Positions 47,298 through 57,320 of a DNA stretch of 64,000 nt are shown one piece after another. The DNA comes from Candidatus Latescibacterota bacterium (lineage in GTDB: Bacteria > Latescibacterota > UBA2968), in the NCBI GenBank assembly GCA_965116885.1, contig OZ220741.1, positions 2,080,001 to 2,144,000 on the forward strand, read 5' to 3'. Within the stretch, counting starts at the first letter, position 1. The number at the start of each line of letters is the position of its first letter. The translations under genes were made by a program, and so were the position numbers. Below the pieces are notes generated by a model. The model ran no database searches. It was not told the DNA's origin and was given only the letters and a program-made list of their open reading frames with translations.

Positions 47298-47615
47298 TCA
47301 AGGGGCATATTTTGTGAGCGAATCGAGCAATGCGCGTTGCGCCACCAAATTTTTTTCCGATGCCGCGACAATGGTTTCCTGGATTTTGATGCGGGTGTGT
47401 TCTATTTTTTTTGCCTGTTCTTCTGGAATGCCCAGGGCGATATTGCGCTGAATTTCGCTTTGCAGGCTGTCGCGCAGGGTTTGCAGGCGGATGCGTTCTT
47501 CGCGCAGTGCTTCTCGGGCTTTTGAGACCTTCATTTTTTGACTTTCGAGTACGGGATTGGTTCCCGAACACGCAAAAATCAGAATAAGGAAAAAAAATAA
47601 GAGAAAGCGGGGCAT
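47298..47615 (-). CDS. putative lipoprotein, coiled-coil
   Basis: Lipobox IFAC; heptad-rich body; starts 1 nt after the RSH stop. Confidence 0.65.
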   Translation of the reverse strand: MPRFLLFFFLILIFACSGTNPVLESQKMKVSKAREALREERIRLQTLRDSLQSEIQRNIALGIPEEQAKKIEHTRIKIQETIVAASEKNLVAQRALLDSLTKYAP

Positions 47616-47616
47616 A

Positions 47617-49038
47617 TTATTTTTGACTATTGAGATAGTGCTGGATGTGGCGGCGAGCGCGATAGGTTTTTACGCGGCTGACCCAACTCTTTTTGGGATG
47701 TTGGTTTGGATCGATGTCAATTTCAACGGTGTCGCCCCAGGCGAGTTTGGAGAACGGATAAGCCCGCACGCCGTTGATACGACCTCCTTTGCATTGCAAG
47801 CCGAGGTCGGTATGTACGGCAAAGGCAAAATCTGCAAGGGTCGCATCTTCGGGTAAAATAAAGGGATCACCTCTGGGTGTGAGTGTGACTATTTCTCGGG
47901 TAAAGAGAATGCGTTGGAGTTCGGACATCAGGTGATGGGAGGCATCGGCGCGGTCGTACCAATCGACAAAATCGTGCAACCAGCGCGTGCGGCGCTCTTC
48001 GTGCTCTGCATCTCCGCGCAATGCAGCAATGCCAAATTCGCCCAGGCGATGCATTGCGGGGGTTTGAATGTGGAGTTCGTAGCGTTGGTCTCTGTGGTGG
48101 ACACAGGTATGCAGAGCCTGGTAACCATTGCGTTTGGGCAGGGCAATAAAATCTTTGAAACGCTCCATTACAGGCAGGAATTGCTCGTGTAAAATTCCCA
48201 AAGCCGAATAACACAATCGGCGACGCGAGACAATGACTTCGATTGCGTAGCGATCCTGAATTTGACTGAGGGGGCGATGTTGCATTTTGCGGTAAATACT
48301 GCTCAAACTCTTCTCTTGCACGCGCACACTTGTCCGCACGCCGTTGGCATTGAGCAGGTTGCGAATTGTGTTCTGGAATGTTACGAGGTGCTCGGTCGGT
48401 TCTGTTCTAAATGTCGTCTGTATCTGATTTGTAATGCGCGGTTCAAGACAGAAAAGACTGCGGTCTTCAAGCTCTCGGCGGATGCGGGCCATGCCCAACA
48501 AGTGCGATAGGGGTGCGTATATATCAATGGTCTCTTGCGCAATGCGTTGCCGCCTGTCGAGTTCTGCAATGCCATCGAGGCTGCGCATGTTATACATGCG
48601 GTCAGCCAATTTGAGAATGAGGACGCGCGGGTCTCGGCTGGCATGGGTGAACAGATGTTGTAAGGTGGCAATGCGCCGCGCAGTGCGTCCAGCTTTTAAT
48701 CCTTCAACTTTTGTAACGCCGCTGACGAGGGTGGCAATATTTTTCCCAAAGGTGGGTTCAATATCGCCAAGGGTCAGGGCAGAGTCTTCAACAGCGTCGT
48801 GTAATAGTGCCGCCGCCATCATTTCCGCGTCGCGTGCAAAGCCCAATTCAGAAGCCAGAATGAGGGCCACGCCAATGGGATGGGTGATATACGGTTGCCC
48901 GGCGTCACGGTCCTGGCCTTCGTGGCTGGCATTGGCGAAGTGATAGGCATGCCCGACGAGCGGATGATTGCGCTGAGGAATTTTTACCAGTAATTCCCGA
49001 AGGGGTTCGCGTATGGCAATTTGGTATTTGGTATTCAC
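47617..49038 (-). CDS. RelA/SpoT homolog (HD + degenerate synthetase + TGS), C-terminally short
   Basis: H.GQ.R..G.PYI.HP, ALLHDAVED, KLADR..NMR, PK.NGYQ.LHT, TP.G....LP..AT..DFAF.VHT..G..C. Confidence 0.88.
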   Translation of the reverse strand: MNTKYQIAIREPLRELLVKIPQRNHPLVGHAYHFANASHEGQDRDAGQPYITHPIGVALILASELGFARDAEMMAAALLHDAVEDSALTLGDIEPTFGKNIATLVSGVTKVEGLKAGRTARRIATLQHLFTHASRDPRVLILKLADRMYNMRSLDGIAELDRRQRIAQETIDIYAPLSHLLGMARIRRELEDRSLFCLEPRITNQIQTTFRTEPTEHLVTFQNTIRNLLNANGVRTSVRVQEKSLSSIYRKMQHRPLSQIQDRYAIEVIVSRRRLCYSALGILHEQFLPVMERFKDFIALPKRNGYQALHTCVHHRDQRYELHIQTPAMHRLGEFGIAALRGDAEHEERRTRWLHDFVDWYDRADASHHLMSELQRILFTREIVTLTPRGDPFILPEDATLADFAFAVHTDLGLQCKGGRINGVRAYPFSKLAWGDTVEIDIDPNQHPKKSWVSRVKTYRARRHIQHYLNSQK

Positions 49039-51884
49039 GCCGCGCTCACTTTGTCGAACCAGCTTTTGATGGTTTGCAATAAATGGTCCGGTGCCCGAAA
49101 CGCCCGATGTTGAACTGGGAGTGCTTCGAGAAAGGCCCGCCCGTAAAAGGTGGATAAAACCCGACTGTCGAAGACGATGACAATACCTCTGTCGGATTTG
49201 TTGCGTATCAGGCGGCCAAAACCCTGGCGGAATTTGAGAATGGCTTCGGGGACAGAATAGTATAAAAATGGATTTTTGCCCTGTTTTTCGAGCTCTTCCA
49301 TGTGCGCTGCAATAAGGGGTTCAGATGGCACGGCAAAAGGCAGGCGAATAATGCCCAGTATTTCGAGGGCTTCGCCGGGGATATCTACCCCTTCCCAGAA
49401 ACTGTCGGTGCCAAGCAACATTGCGCGTCGGTGGGTCTTAAAGCGATCGGTAATGCTGCCGCGCGCACCGTCTATCCCCTGTCCCAGGAGTAAGATGCCA
49501 TCGGACGATAGATCGTTTTTGAGTGCGTCATAAGATTGGTTGAGCATGCTGTAAGACGTAAATAATGCCAGCGTGCCCCGTCCGATTTCGCGTGCGAGAT
49601 GGCGTAATAAATCGTCAACGGCGCGTTGAAAATGAGGAGATTTGGGCGATGGCATAAATTGAGGTACGCAAACGAGGGCTTGTAAATCGTAGTCAAAGGG
49701 CGAACCCAGACAACTCGTTTGCACGCGCTCATCGGGCATGGTATCGAGCCCCATGCGCTGAAGAAAGTAGATGAGTTTGCCGCGAATGCCCAGAGTAGCC
49801 GATGTGAAGACGATGGTGCGCATTTTGTCGTAGAGTGCGTCGCGCAATACATCGGCGACATGCAAGGGCGCGGAAAACAGGCGCGTGTCACTGCTGTTTT
49901 CTCGGGTTGGCAATTCAAACCAGTAAACACATTGTTTGTCTTCGGGATGGGTCAAGTGATTGAGGGTTGCGAGCAGGTCGCTGCATTCTTGTGCGCGTCC
50001 GTCGAGTTCACTGACGAGTTCGTCCTGGTTGGGAAAGGTGTCGTCGGGCAAGTCTTTGAGCCAATCGCACAGATTTTTTAAGCTGTTATTGAGTTCTGAG
50101 CCCGCTTCGGCAAATTCTTCAAGGCTTTCGCCAACCGCATCAAACGTGTTTTCACCCGGTCGATAGCGCTCTTTTGGCGTATAGTTAAATTTGCGGCTGC
50201 CCTGTTTGCCGTACAAAAATTCCGTGAGGTCTTGAAAAAAGGTCTGCGCTTTGAGATAGATGTCTTCGGCGGCGTTTACGGCCCGTCCAATGCCTTTGTC
50301 AAAGGTGGCGAAGATATTGTCTTTGAGATCGGCTACACCGATCCAGTGGCGCAATGCAGGCAGGGTGCCTGTGCTTTGAAAGCCCGGACTGCGCAGTTGA
50401 TCAGAAAAATTTTTGATGTGCCATATATTGAGTTCGCGTCCCAAATATTGTGCGGCAATTTTTTCGATGTTGTGGGCTTCGTCCAGGATGAGGTCTTCGT
50501 ATTCGCCCAGCACGGCATTTTCCGAGACGATGTCGGAAAAGAGCAGGGAGTGATTGACAACCACGATATGTGCTTTTTGGGCAGAGCGGCGCACGGTGTT
50601 GGCAAAACACTGCCCGTTGGTGCGGCACTTTTGCGATCGGCAATATCCCGAGTCGGAACACACTTTTGCCCACAGGCCAGCATGGCGACGCATATCAAAG
50701 CCATTGTTTTCCGAAATGTCGCCCGTTTGCGTTTGCTCTGCCCATATAACGAGAGATAAAGCTCCTTCGCGCTCGTCTTCGGTAAAGAAGGTATCGATAT
50801 TGGCGAGTGCTGCGTGCCACCGATTGAGGCATATATAGTTGCTGCGACCTTTGAGCAGGACATAGTTGAAGGGTACATTCAGGGCGCGTTCGAGGTGGGG
50901 CAGGTCTTTGAAGAACAATTGTTCCTGAAGATTTTTGGTATTGGTGGAAACAATAATGCGGCGGCCATTTTGTGCGGCGTGGTGAATGGCCGGGGTGAGA
51001 TAGGCCATGGATTTGCCCACGCCTGTGCCCGCTTCGGCGACGAGAAGATGGTTGTTGTTGAAGGCGTTGGCAATGGCGCGCACCATTTCGATCTGTTCGG
51101 CGCGCACTTCATATCCTTCGGTTTGGCGGTCAAAGGTGCCACCGGATTCAAACAAGGTGCAGAGCATGTCGATGTCGAGAGGCGCGTGGTCCTCTGTTTC
51201 CGTTCGGGTTTCTTCGCCGCCCACGTTGGATAGGGGGAGGCCATCTGCCCCGCCACCGCGAATGCGGTTCATAAATTCGCTTTTGACCGCTTCATTACCC
51301 AGATCGACAAAGATGTTGAGCAGGGGGCTATTTGTGCCTTGCAAAAGCCGCAGTATGTTTTGTTTGTTTTGCAATGAGGTTTCGCGCAAGACCTCGACGA
51401 CGCTCGAGTATATGCCCGCGAGTTGCTCGGCATCGCCAAGTGCTTTGTGCGCTGATTGGGATTCGACTTCAAAATAGTCTGCAAGTGTGTTCGCCCGATG
51501 ATCGGATAAACTGGGCAAGGCAATCCGGGCGAGGTCGCGCACGCTGTGTATGTTGTTGCCAAAGGGCAGGCCAGAGGCTTCAGATAAAAAGCGAGTTTCA
51601 AATTGACCCTGGTGTACGATGAGAGGCTGGTCGCCTGCAAATGTCATAAAGTTTTCGATTGCTGCGTTGATGCGGGGGGCGTTTTTCAGGTCTTTGAATG
51701 CTATACCCGTCAGGCGCGTTGTTTCTGCGGGCACACCCATTTTCGGACGCACATAAGTCTGAAAGCGGTCGGCAATTTCGCCATCTTTGACTTTGACAGC
51801 ACCGATTTCGATTATTTCGGCTTCTTTCGGGTTCAGACCCGTGGTTTCGAGGTCGAGGGTTATGAAGGTGTGGAGGGTGGACAT
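49035..51884 (-). CDS. dinG: DnaQ-like exonuclease fused to DinG-family helicase
   Basis: DLETTG, EIIEIGAV, H.A..DA; EAGTG.GKS, LKGR.NY.C, Fe-S Cys residues, DEAH, SATL, LFTSY, FWEGVD, QG.GRLIR. Start ATG 51884. Confidence 0.9.
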   Translation of the reverse strand: MSTLHTFITLDLETTGLNPKEAEIIEIGAVKVKDGEIADRFQTYVRPKMGVPAETTRLTGIAFKDLKNAPRINAAIENFMTFAGDQPLIVHQGQFETRFLSEASGLPFGNNIHSVRDLARIALPSLSDHRANTLADYFEVESQSAHKALGDAEQLAGIYSSVVEVLRETSLQNKQNILRLLQGTNSPLLNIFVDLGNEAVKSEFMNRIRGGGADGLPLSNVGGEETRTETEDHAPLDIDMLCTLFESGGTFDRQTEGYEVRAEQIEMVRAIANAFNNNHLLVAEAGTGVGKSMAYLTPAIHHAAQNGRRIIVSTNTKNLQEQLFFKDLPHLERALNVPFNYVLLKGRSNYICLNRWHAALANIDTFFTEDEREGALSLVIWAEQTQTGDISENNGFDMRRHAGLWAKVCSDSGYCRSQKCRTNGQCFANTVRRSAQKAHIVVVNHSLLFSDIVSENAVLGEYEDLILDEAHNIEKIAAQYLGRELNIWHIKNFSDQLRSPGFQSTGTLPALRHWIGVADLKDNIFATFDKGIGRAVNAAEDIYLKAQTFFQDLTEFLYGKQGSRKFNYTPKERYRPGENTFDAVGESLEEFAEAGSELNNSLKNLCDWLKDLPDDTFPNQDELVSELDGRAQECSDLLATLNHLTHPEDKQCVYWFELPTRENSSDTRLFSAPLHVADVLRDALYDKMRTIVFTSATLGIRGKLIYFLQRMGLDTMPDERVQTSCLGSPFDYDLQALVCVPQFMPSPKSPHFQRAVDDLLRHLAREIGRGTLALFTSYSMLNQSYDALKNDLSSDGILLLGQGIDGARGSITDRFKTHRRAMLLGTDSFWEGVDIPGEALEILGIIRLPFAVPSEPLIAAHMEELEKQGKNPFLYYSVPEAILKFRQGFGRLIRNKSDRGIVIVFDSRVLSTFYGRAFLEALPVQHRAFRAPDHLLQTIKSWFDKVSAA

Positions 51885-52053
51885 AAAAAATAAAAAAATC
51901 CTGGATGCTTTGAGTTTGACTGTTTGAGTTCTGTGCAGTATCATAAATGCCGACCGGTTTTGATTTTCCGATCGGCTCTTGCATGGCGGCAATTTGATAT
52001 GGTTTAACATACATTACAAAGCCCTGAATTTCAAGGGTTATTGTGGAGGTGAT

Positions 52054-53070
52054 ATGAAAGCGTCTGTCTATCTGGGATCCGAGCAGGTTGAATTGCGCGA
52101 TATTGCGGAACCCAAACCGGGTGATGGTGAGGTGCTCATCAAGGTGGCGCGGGCTGGTTTATGCGGCACGGATTTGCATGTTTATCAGGGGCACATGGAT
52201 CAGCGGGTGCAAATTCCTCTGGTGATGGGGCACGAGATGTGCGGTGAAATTGTCTATGTTCCTAAAGATGCCGGGTTTAAGGTGGGGGATCGCGTGGTGG
52301 TTGAACCCACGGTGGCATGTGGGGCGTGTGCGGCTTGCCGGCGGGGTCATCGGCATATTTGTCAGAATCTGAATTTTTTGGGTATTGACTCTGCGGGGGC
52401 ATTTCAGGCTTTTTGGAATGCACCACTCAATCGTCTGCATCGCGTACCCGATGCACTGGACGATGATGCCGGCGCGCTTATCGAACCGCTTGCAGTCGCT
52501 GTCCACGATGTTCGACGCGCAAAAGTGGAATTGGGCGACCGCGCGGTTGTGATTGGCGGCGGTCCGATTGGGATACTAATTGCAATGGCGGCGCGATTGG
52601 ATGGGGCCGAGGTTGTGGTTTCCGAAGTGAATCCCTTTCGTTTGGCAAAGGCGAGGGCATTGGGCTTTGAGACTGTGAATCCATTGGAAACAGATCTTCT
52701 CGCCTATACAGAAGATTGGACCGAGGGTGCGGGCGCAGACCTCGTGTTTGAGGTTAGCGGTAGTGCGCCCGGTGCAAAGGTCATGACGGAGTTGGCACGG
52801 GTTCGTGGAACTATTGTGCTGGTTGGAGTACACGCTGAACCGCCGCCTGTGGATTTACAGCGGTTTTTTTGGCGGGAATTGCATCTGGTGGGGTGTCGCG
52901 TGTACGAACCCATAGATTTTGAGCGGGCAATTCGGTTGGCGGCATCTGGCGCGGTTGATGTAAAAGCACTGATTACAGATACGCTGCCACTGGATGATGC
53001 GGCAAAAGGGTTTGAACAGATGGTGGCGGGTGGCGAGGTGATGAAGGTGCTTTTGGACTGTCAGGCGTGA
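52054..53070 (+). CDS. Zn-dependent alcohol/sugar dehydrogenase
   Basis: GLCGTD, GHE, CGACAAC..G..HIC, EPLAV, GGGPIG. Confidence 0.92.
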   Translation: MKASVYLGSEQVELRDIAEPKPGDGEVLIKVARAGLCGTDLHVYQGHMDQRVQIPLVMGHEMCGEIVYVPKDAGFKVGDRVVVEPTVACGACAACRRGHRHICQNLNFLGIDSAGAFQAFWNAPLNRLHRVPDALDDDAGALIEPLAVAVHDVRRAKVELGDRAVVIGGGPIGILIAMAARLDGAEVVVSEVNPFRLAKARALGFETVNPLETDLLAYTEDWTEGAGADLVFEVSGSAPGAKVMTELARVRGTIVLVGVHAEPPPVDLQRFFWRELHLVGCRVYEPIDFERAIRLAASGAVDVKALITDTLPLDDAAKGFEQMVAGGEVMKVLLDCQA

Positions 53071-53077
53071 TAAAGCG

Positions 53078-53161
53078 CGAATAGACGAATAGACGAATGG
53101 CAATACATACTGGTTTTGGGGGATGGGTGGGGTTCGTTGATTCGTTGATTCGCTGATTCGT
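53078..53161. repeat. opposed octamer tandem repeats
   Basis: (cgaataga)x2 + cgaatgg ... (ttcgttga)x2 + ttcgctga + ttcgt. Confidence 0.7.
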
Positions 53162-53174
53162 AACAGGGGTTATT

Positions 53175-53942
53175 ATGGGAATTTTAGATCGATTTGATTT
53201 GAGCGGCAAGACTGCACTGGTGACGGGGTGCCGGCGCGGTATTGGCCGCGCCTTTGCCCAGGGGCTGGCCGAGGCAGGTGCCGATATTGTAGGGGTGAGC
53301 GCATCGCTGGCATCGGGTAGTGAGGTGGAAGGAGATGTCGCGGCATTGGGCCGCAGTTTTCGCCCTTATGCATGTGATTTTTCTGATCGAGATGCTTTGT
53401 GGGCTTTTATAGAACAGGTGAAAGCAGATGTTGCTCAGATCGATATATTGGTGAATAATGCGGGCACAATTTTGCGGGAACCCGCGGCGGATCATCCGGA
53501 TGAATACTGGGATAGGGTGATTGAAGTAAATTTAAACGCGCAATTTGTTCTCGCGCGCGAGTTTGGCAAAGAGATGGTGGCGCGCGGGTATGGTAAAATT
53601 GTTTTTACAGCGTCTTTGCTGAGTTTTCAGGGGGGTATTACCGTTCCGGGTTATGCTGCGGCTAAAGGCGGTATTGCGACTTTGACGATGGCACTGTCAA
53701 ATGAGTGGGCAGGCAAGGGGGTGAATGTCAATGCTATTGCACCGGGGTATATTGCAACGGATAATACCGAAGCCCTGCGCAGTGATTCTGTCCGTTCCGA
53801 GCAAATTTTGACGCGCATTCCCCAGGGACGATGGGGGCAGCCAGATGATCTGAAAGGCGCGTGTGTGTTTTTGTGTTCAGATGCAGCCAATTATGTCAAT
53901 GGTGCGATTTTGACTGTGGATGGTGGATGGATGGGGCGGTGA
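53175..53942 (+). CDS. SDR, 2-deoxy-D-gluconate 3-dehydrogenase (KduD)-like
   Basis: TG..RGIG, NNAG.I.R, ASLLSFQGGITVPGYAAAK, APGYI.T.NT.AL, DGGW. Confidence 0.88.
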   Translation: MGILDRFDLSGKTALVTGCRRGIGRAFAQGLAEAGADIVGVSASLASGSEVEGDVAALGRSFRPYACDFSDRDALWAFIEQVKADVAQIDILVNNAGTILREPAADHPDEYWDRVIEVNLNAQFVLAREFGKEMVARGYGKIVFTASLLSFQGGITVPGYAAAKGGIATLTMALSNEWAGKGVNVNAIAPGYIATDNTEALRSDSVRSEQILTRIPQGRWGQPDDLKGACVFLCSDAANYVNGAILTVDGGWMGR

Positions 53943-53971
53943 TTAAGCAATATTTTAATCGGAGGTTTGAT

Positions 53972-54955
53972 ATGGAATACAGGCCGTTTGGAAAGACCGG
54001 AATGGATGTTTCGGCGATTGGGTTTGGGTGCTGGGAACTCGGTGGGAATTATGGTTATTTTGATGAGGGCGAAGTGATTGCGGGTATTCACAAGGCACTG
54101 GATTTGGGGATTAATTGCTTTGATACGGCCGAGGGCTATGGGAAGGGAAAATCAGAGGCTTTGCTCGCGCGCGGTCTGGGGAATCGACGCAGGGATGTGA
54201 TTGTGGTGACAAAGGTCGGTATTGGATATGCGGATTCGGGACGGGAGAAGGGCCGCGACAGTCGCAGGGAGCGGATTATGGCGTCGGTAGAGAATAGTTT
54301 GCGGTTTTTGAATACGGATTATATCGATGTCTATTTAATTCACTGGCCAGATCGGTACACACCTTTTGAAGAGCCTATGCAGGTGCTGGAAGATTTGATT
54401 CAGCAGGGGAAGGTGCGTTTTGGAGGCGTATCGAATTTCAAGGCCGAAGAGATCGATGCGTGCATGAAGACGCGGCGGGTAGATGTGGGGCAATACGGCT
54501 ATCACATGTTTGATCGGCGCATGGAGAGGGATGTTTTTCCCTATTGCGAAACGCACGGTATTGGGATGATGGGATATGGATCTCTGGCGCATGGGCTGCT
54601 CGCCGGAGCATTTGATGAGAATACGACATTTGAGACAGAAGATTGGCGCTCTAAGGGCGGGTTGTTTAATATGCCTTTGTTTACAGAGGAGAATTTTCCG
54701 CGCAATTTGAAGGTGGTGGAAGCGTTAAAACAGATGGCTGCGGATCGCGGTACAGCTATATATCATCTCGCGCTGGCGTGGGTGTTGTCCAATCCCGTTA
54801 TTAGCACTGCACTGGTTGGCGTGCGAAAACCCGAAGAGGTGGTGTCGAATATGGGGGCGTTAGAGGTGGCGTTATCCGAAGACGATAAGTGCGCTATTGA
54901 TGCGATATTTGAGAATTACGGGGTGGATACGCGCCCGGATATTTGGGTGGAATAA
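53972..54955 (+). CDS. aldo/keto reductase
   Basis: GFGCW, FDTAEGYG.G.SE, TK, TDYID.Y..HWPD, GKVR..GVSN. Confidence 0.93.
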   Translation: MEYRPFGKTGMDVSAIGFGCWELGGNYGYFDEGEVIAGIHKALDLGINCFDTAEGYGKGKSEALLARGLGNRRRDVIVVTKVGIGYADSGREKGRDSRRERIMASVENSLRFLNTDYIDVYLIHWPDRYTPFEEPMQVLEDLIQQGKVRFGGVSNFKAEEIDACMKTRRVDVGQYGYHMFDRRMERDVFPYCETHGIGMMGYGSLAHGLLAGAFDENTTFETEDWRSKGGLFNMPLFTEENFPRNLKVVEALKQMAADRGTAIYHLALAWVLSNPVISTALVGVRKPEEVVSNMGALEVALSEDDKCAIDAIFENYGVDTRPDIWVE

Positions 54956-54995
54956 GCCAAAGGGACGAAAAAAATAGGGAATGGGCAATCTATAC

Positions 54996-55025
54996 TTGAC
55001 AAATCAAAGCATGCTGGACTATAAT
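54996..55025 (+). promoter_or_regulatory. sigma70 promoter of the HU gene
   Basis: TTGACA, 18 nt, TATAAT. Confidence 0.75.
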
Positions 55026-55102
55026 TAGGGTATAGCCTTTGACCTATCTGCCTGGGGGCATTAGGTTTGAGATTATAACCATTTTCACAAAGGGAGAGAA
55101 TT

Positions 55103-55420
55103 ATGTCGCAAGCTGTAACAAAACGATGGAGTAAAGCCCAGATTGTAAGCGCGATCGCAGAAAGCACTGGTCTGAGCAAAAAGGATGTGGGTAGCGTTCT
55201 CGATGGGTTGGACAGTGCCATTGAAAGCCATGTCACAGCAGGTTCTGTCGGCGAATTTGTGTTGCCTGGTCTGCTCAAAATCAAAAGGGTCGAAAAACCG
55301 GCCCGCGCAGAACGAGAGGGCGTCAATCCATTCACTGGCGAAAAAATAACAATTGCAGCCAAACCCGCTTCGCAGGGTATAAGAATTTCAGCTCTTAAAA
55401 AACTGAAAGACATGGTTTAG
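55103..55420 (+). CDS. HU/IHF-family DNA-binding protein
   Basis: K.QIV..IAE.TGLSKK, F.LPG, R.G.NPFTGE.I.I.AKPA. Confidence 0.92.
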   Translation: MSQAVTKRWSKAQIVSAIAESTGLSKKDVGSVLDGLDSAIESHVTAGSVGEFVLPGLLKIKRVEKPARAEREGVNPFTGEKITIAAKPASQGIRISALKKLKDMV

Positions 55421-55448
55421 CAATTGCCGCATTGTAGGGAACTATCGT

Positions 55449-55486
55449 AAAGCCCAGCCTTTTAAGGTTGGGCTTTTTTATTTTTA
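55449..55486 (+). terminator. intrinsic terminator
   Basis: aaagcccagcctt-tt-aaggttgggctttttta. Confidence 0.8.
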
Positions 55487-55589
55487 TAATCACTTTGGGT
55501 ATATTTTGTGGGACTGGACAAAAGACCGCGAAATGATTACTTTCAAAGTTGAAACTAAAAAGCGATAATCCAATCGCCAAGGAGGCAAA

Positions 55590-56528
55590 ATGCGGCGGTA
55601 TATTATGGGAGTATGCTTGATCGTATTTGGGGTGTTATCTTGCATGGTCGATACAACTGAGGCCATTGAGGTCGTTCTCAAATCGGGTCGCGTTGTGCGA
55701 GGCGATTTGATTCGAGAGACTGCAACTTCTATTACGCTTCAGCTATCTTCCAGCCGGATCGAGATTTCCAAGTTGAGTATCAAGACGATTGATGGACGTT
55801 CTCCGTTTGAACAGCGCAGATCTCGCGCGGCAGTATCTTCCGATAGTACAGGTCAAATGGAGGTGCAAATTCCCGCAGGCCATTTTCTCATGGGAGATAC
55901 CCGAGATAAAAACGCACCTGTACACAAGGTTTATCTCGATTCCTACTGGGTTGATACACGCGAAGTCACCAATGCTCAGTACCGCGAATTTGTGACGAGC
56001 ACAGGGCATGCGGCTCCCCGGTATTGGGGCGAGGCCAAATACAATAATCCCGACCAACCCGTTGTGGGTGTTTCGTGGGATGACGCCAATGCCTATTGTT
56101 CCTGGAAGGGCAAACGACTGCCGACTGAAGCGGAGTGGGAACGCGCAGCACGGGGGGCACAAAGCCGTCTTTATCCCTGGGGGGACCGTTTTGATGTCAC
56201 GCGAACAAATACTCGGGAGACTCGAAACCGGCGCCCATTGCCTGTGGGGACCTTTCCCGAAGGTGCTACCAGTGAAGGGTTACTCGATATGTCGGGCAAT
56301 GTGTGGGAGTGGTGTTGGGATTGGTTTGATGAAGGATATTACCGCGTATCTCCCCTCAATAATCCCGCGGGTCCGGAGGCTGGGAAAAAGCGCGTCATAA
56401 GGGGCGGGGGCTGGAGTGCTCCGCACATCCACATGGCCCGACGGCGCGGTGAAAAGCCCGATAAAACCTATCCTTCTCTGGGTTTTCGATGCGCCAGATC
56501 GGATACTGAGGCACAGGCGAAACAGTGA
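55590..56528 (+). CDS. secreted FGE-sulfatase (SUMF1) domain protein
   Basis: F.MG, EVTN..Y..F, PVV.VSW.DA..YC.W.GKRLPTEAEWE.AARG, DM.GNVWEW, RGG.W, GFRC. Confidence 0.9.
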   Translation: MRRYIMGVCLIVFGVLSCMVDTTEAIEVVLKSGRVVRGDLIRETATSITLQLSSSRIEISKLSIKTIDGRSPFEQRRSRAAVSSDSTGQMEVQIPAGHFLMGDTRDKNAPVHKVYLDSYWVDTREVTNAQYREFVTSTGHAAPRYWGEAKYNNPDQPVVGVSWDDANAYCSWKGKRLPTEAEWERAARGAQSRLYPWGDRFDVTRTNTRETRNRRPLPVGTFPEGATSEGLLDMSGNVWEWCWDWFDEGYYRVSPLNNPAGPEAGKKRVIRGGGWSAPHIHMARRRGEKPDKTYPSLGFRCARSDTEAQAKQ

Positions 56529-56536
56529 ATGAAAAT

Positions 56537-56565
56537 AAAAAAGCCGCTGATTTAGCGGCTTTTTT
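56537..56565. terminator. bidirectional terminator
   Basis: aaaaaagccgct-gattt-agcggctttttt between convergent genes. Confidence 0.8.
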
Positions 56566-56585
56566 CGTGATCATTTGCAAAACCA

Positions 56586-57005
56586 TTACAGGTCGAGGTC
56601 GTCCAGGCCCTCCAGTTCATCCAATACCTCGTCTTCGCCTACTATGGTATTCGACTCTCGAATCACTACCAGAATAGAAGCCTGGGGGACAATGAGATAT
56701 TTTTCTCCTTCAAAAGAGATCTCCATCGCGGCTTTTTGTAAAAATAAGGCAAAATCTCCTTCCTCAACTTGCAGGGGCAAATATCGCGTTTCTTTTGGCG
56801 TATTGCGCCAGGGTTCATCGTCTTCGGGCGTTTCTGGCAGTGGGAGACCAGGCCCTGTGGCCATAATGCGACCACTCTGTACTTCCTCTTTTTCGACCAC
56901 GGTTTGAGGCAAATAAAGCCCCACTTTGGTTCGTTCTTCCAAATCTTCCCGCTTGACCAAAACGCGGTCGCCAATAACGACGAGTTCTTTGTTTCCTATT
57001 TGCAT
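56586..57005 (-). CDS. GroES-family co-chaperone paralog with acidic tail
   Basis: GDRVLVK, RT..GLYLP, G.I.A.GPG, PLQV.EGD, G.KYLIV; no groEL adjacent. Confidence 0.82.
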   Translation of the reverse strand: MQIGNKELVVIGDRVLVKREDLEERTKVGLYLPQTVVEKEEVQSGRIMATGPGLPLPETPEDDEPWRNTPKETRYLPLQVEEGDFALFLQKAAMEISFEGEKYLIVPQASILVVIRESNTIVGEDEVLDELEGLDDLDL

Positions 57006-57120
57006 TGCATTTTCTCGCTTAATGAGTTCCGCATATATCCAAACAATTGTGTGTCAAACTTAAAAAATTGTATCGCAGGTGTCAACTATTTAGAGAAAGA
57101 ACAAATTCAATAATAAAATC

Positions 57121-57149
57121 TTGACAAATGGATGGATAAGGCATATTAT
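57121..57149 (+). promoter_or_regulatory. putative sigma70 promoter
   Basis: TTGACA, 17 nt, TATTAT. Confidence 0.65.
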
Positions 57150-57320
57150 TTTTCACCGCGTATGTGATATACTTTTGATTGTGGAGCCGTTCCATGTTGT
57201 TTTTTGTGCCAACAATGCCAATGCCAATGCCCGTCACTGTACGGGCTGCACATGTTGTACATTCCCATTGTGAGCAGGAGCATGGATAGCGGATCATTTT
57301 AGTCGTTTGCATTATGAAAC

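Noticed and set aside
49035..51884. DinG as a type IV CRISPR or defence helicase
   Set aside because: The DnaQ-DinG fusion is a common housekeeping architecture and has no cas neighbours.
55590..56528. Formylglycine-generating enzyme maturing the sulfatase at 14378
   Set aside because: It lacks the catalytic Cys pair after RGG, is secreted and is unlinked; it is a generic FGE-fold protein.
56586..57005. Orphan groES as a broken chaperonin operon
   Set aside because: Stand-alone GroES-like paralogs of this longer type are known in FCB-group bacteria, and the ORF is intact.
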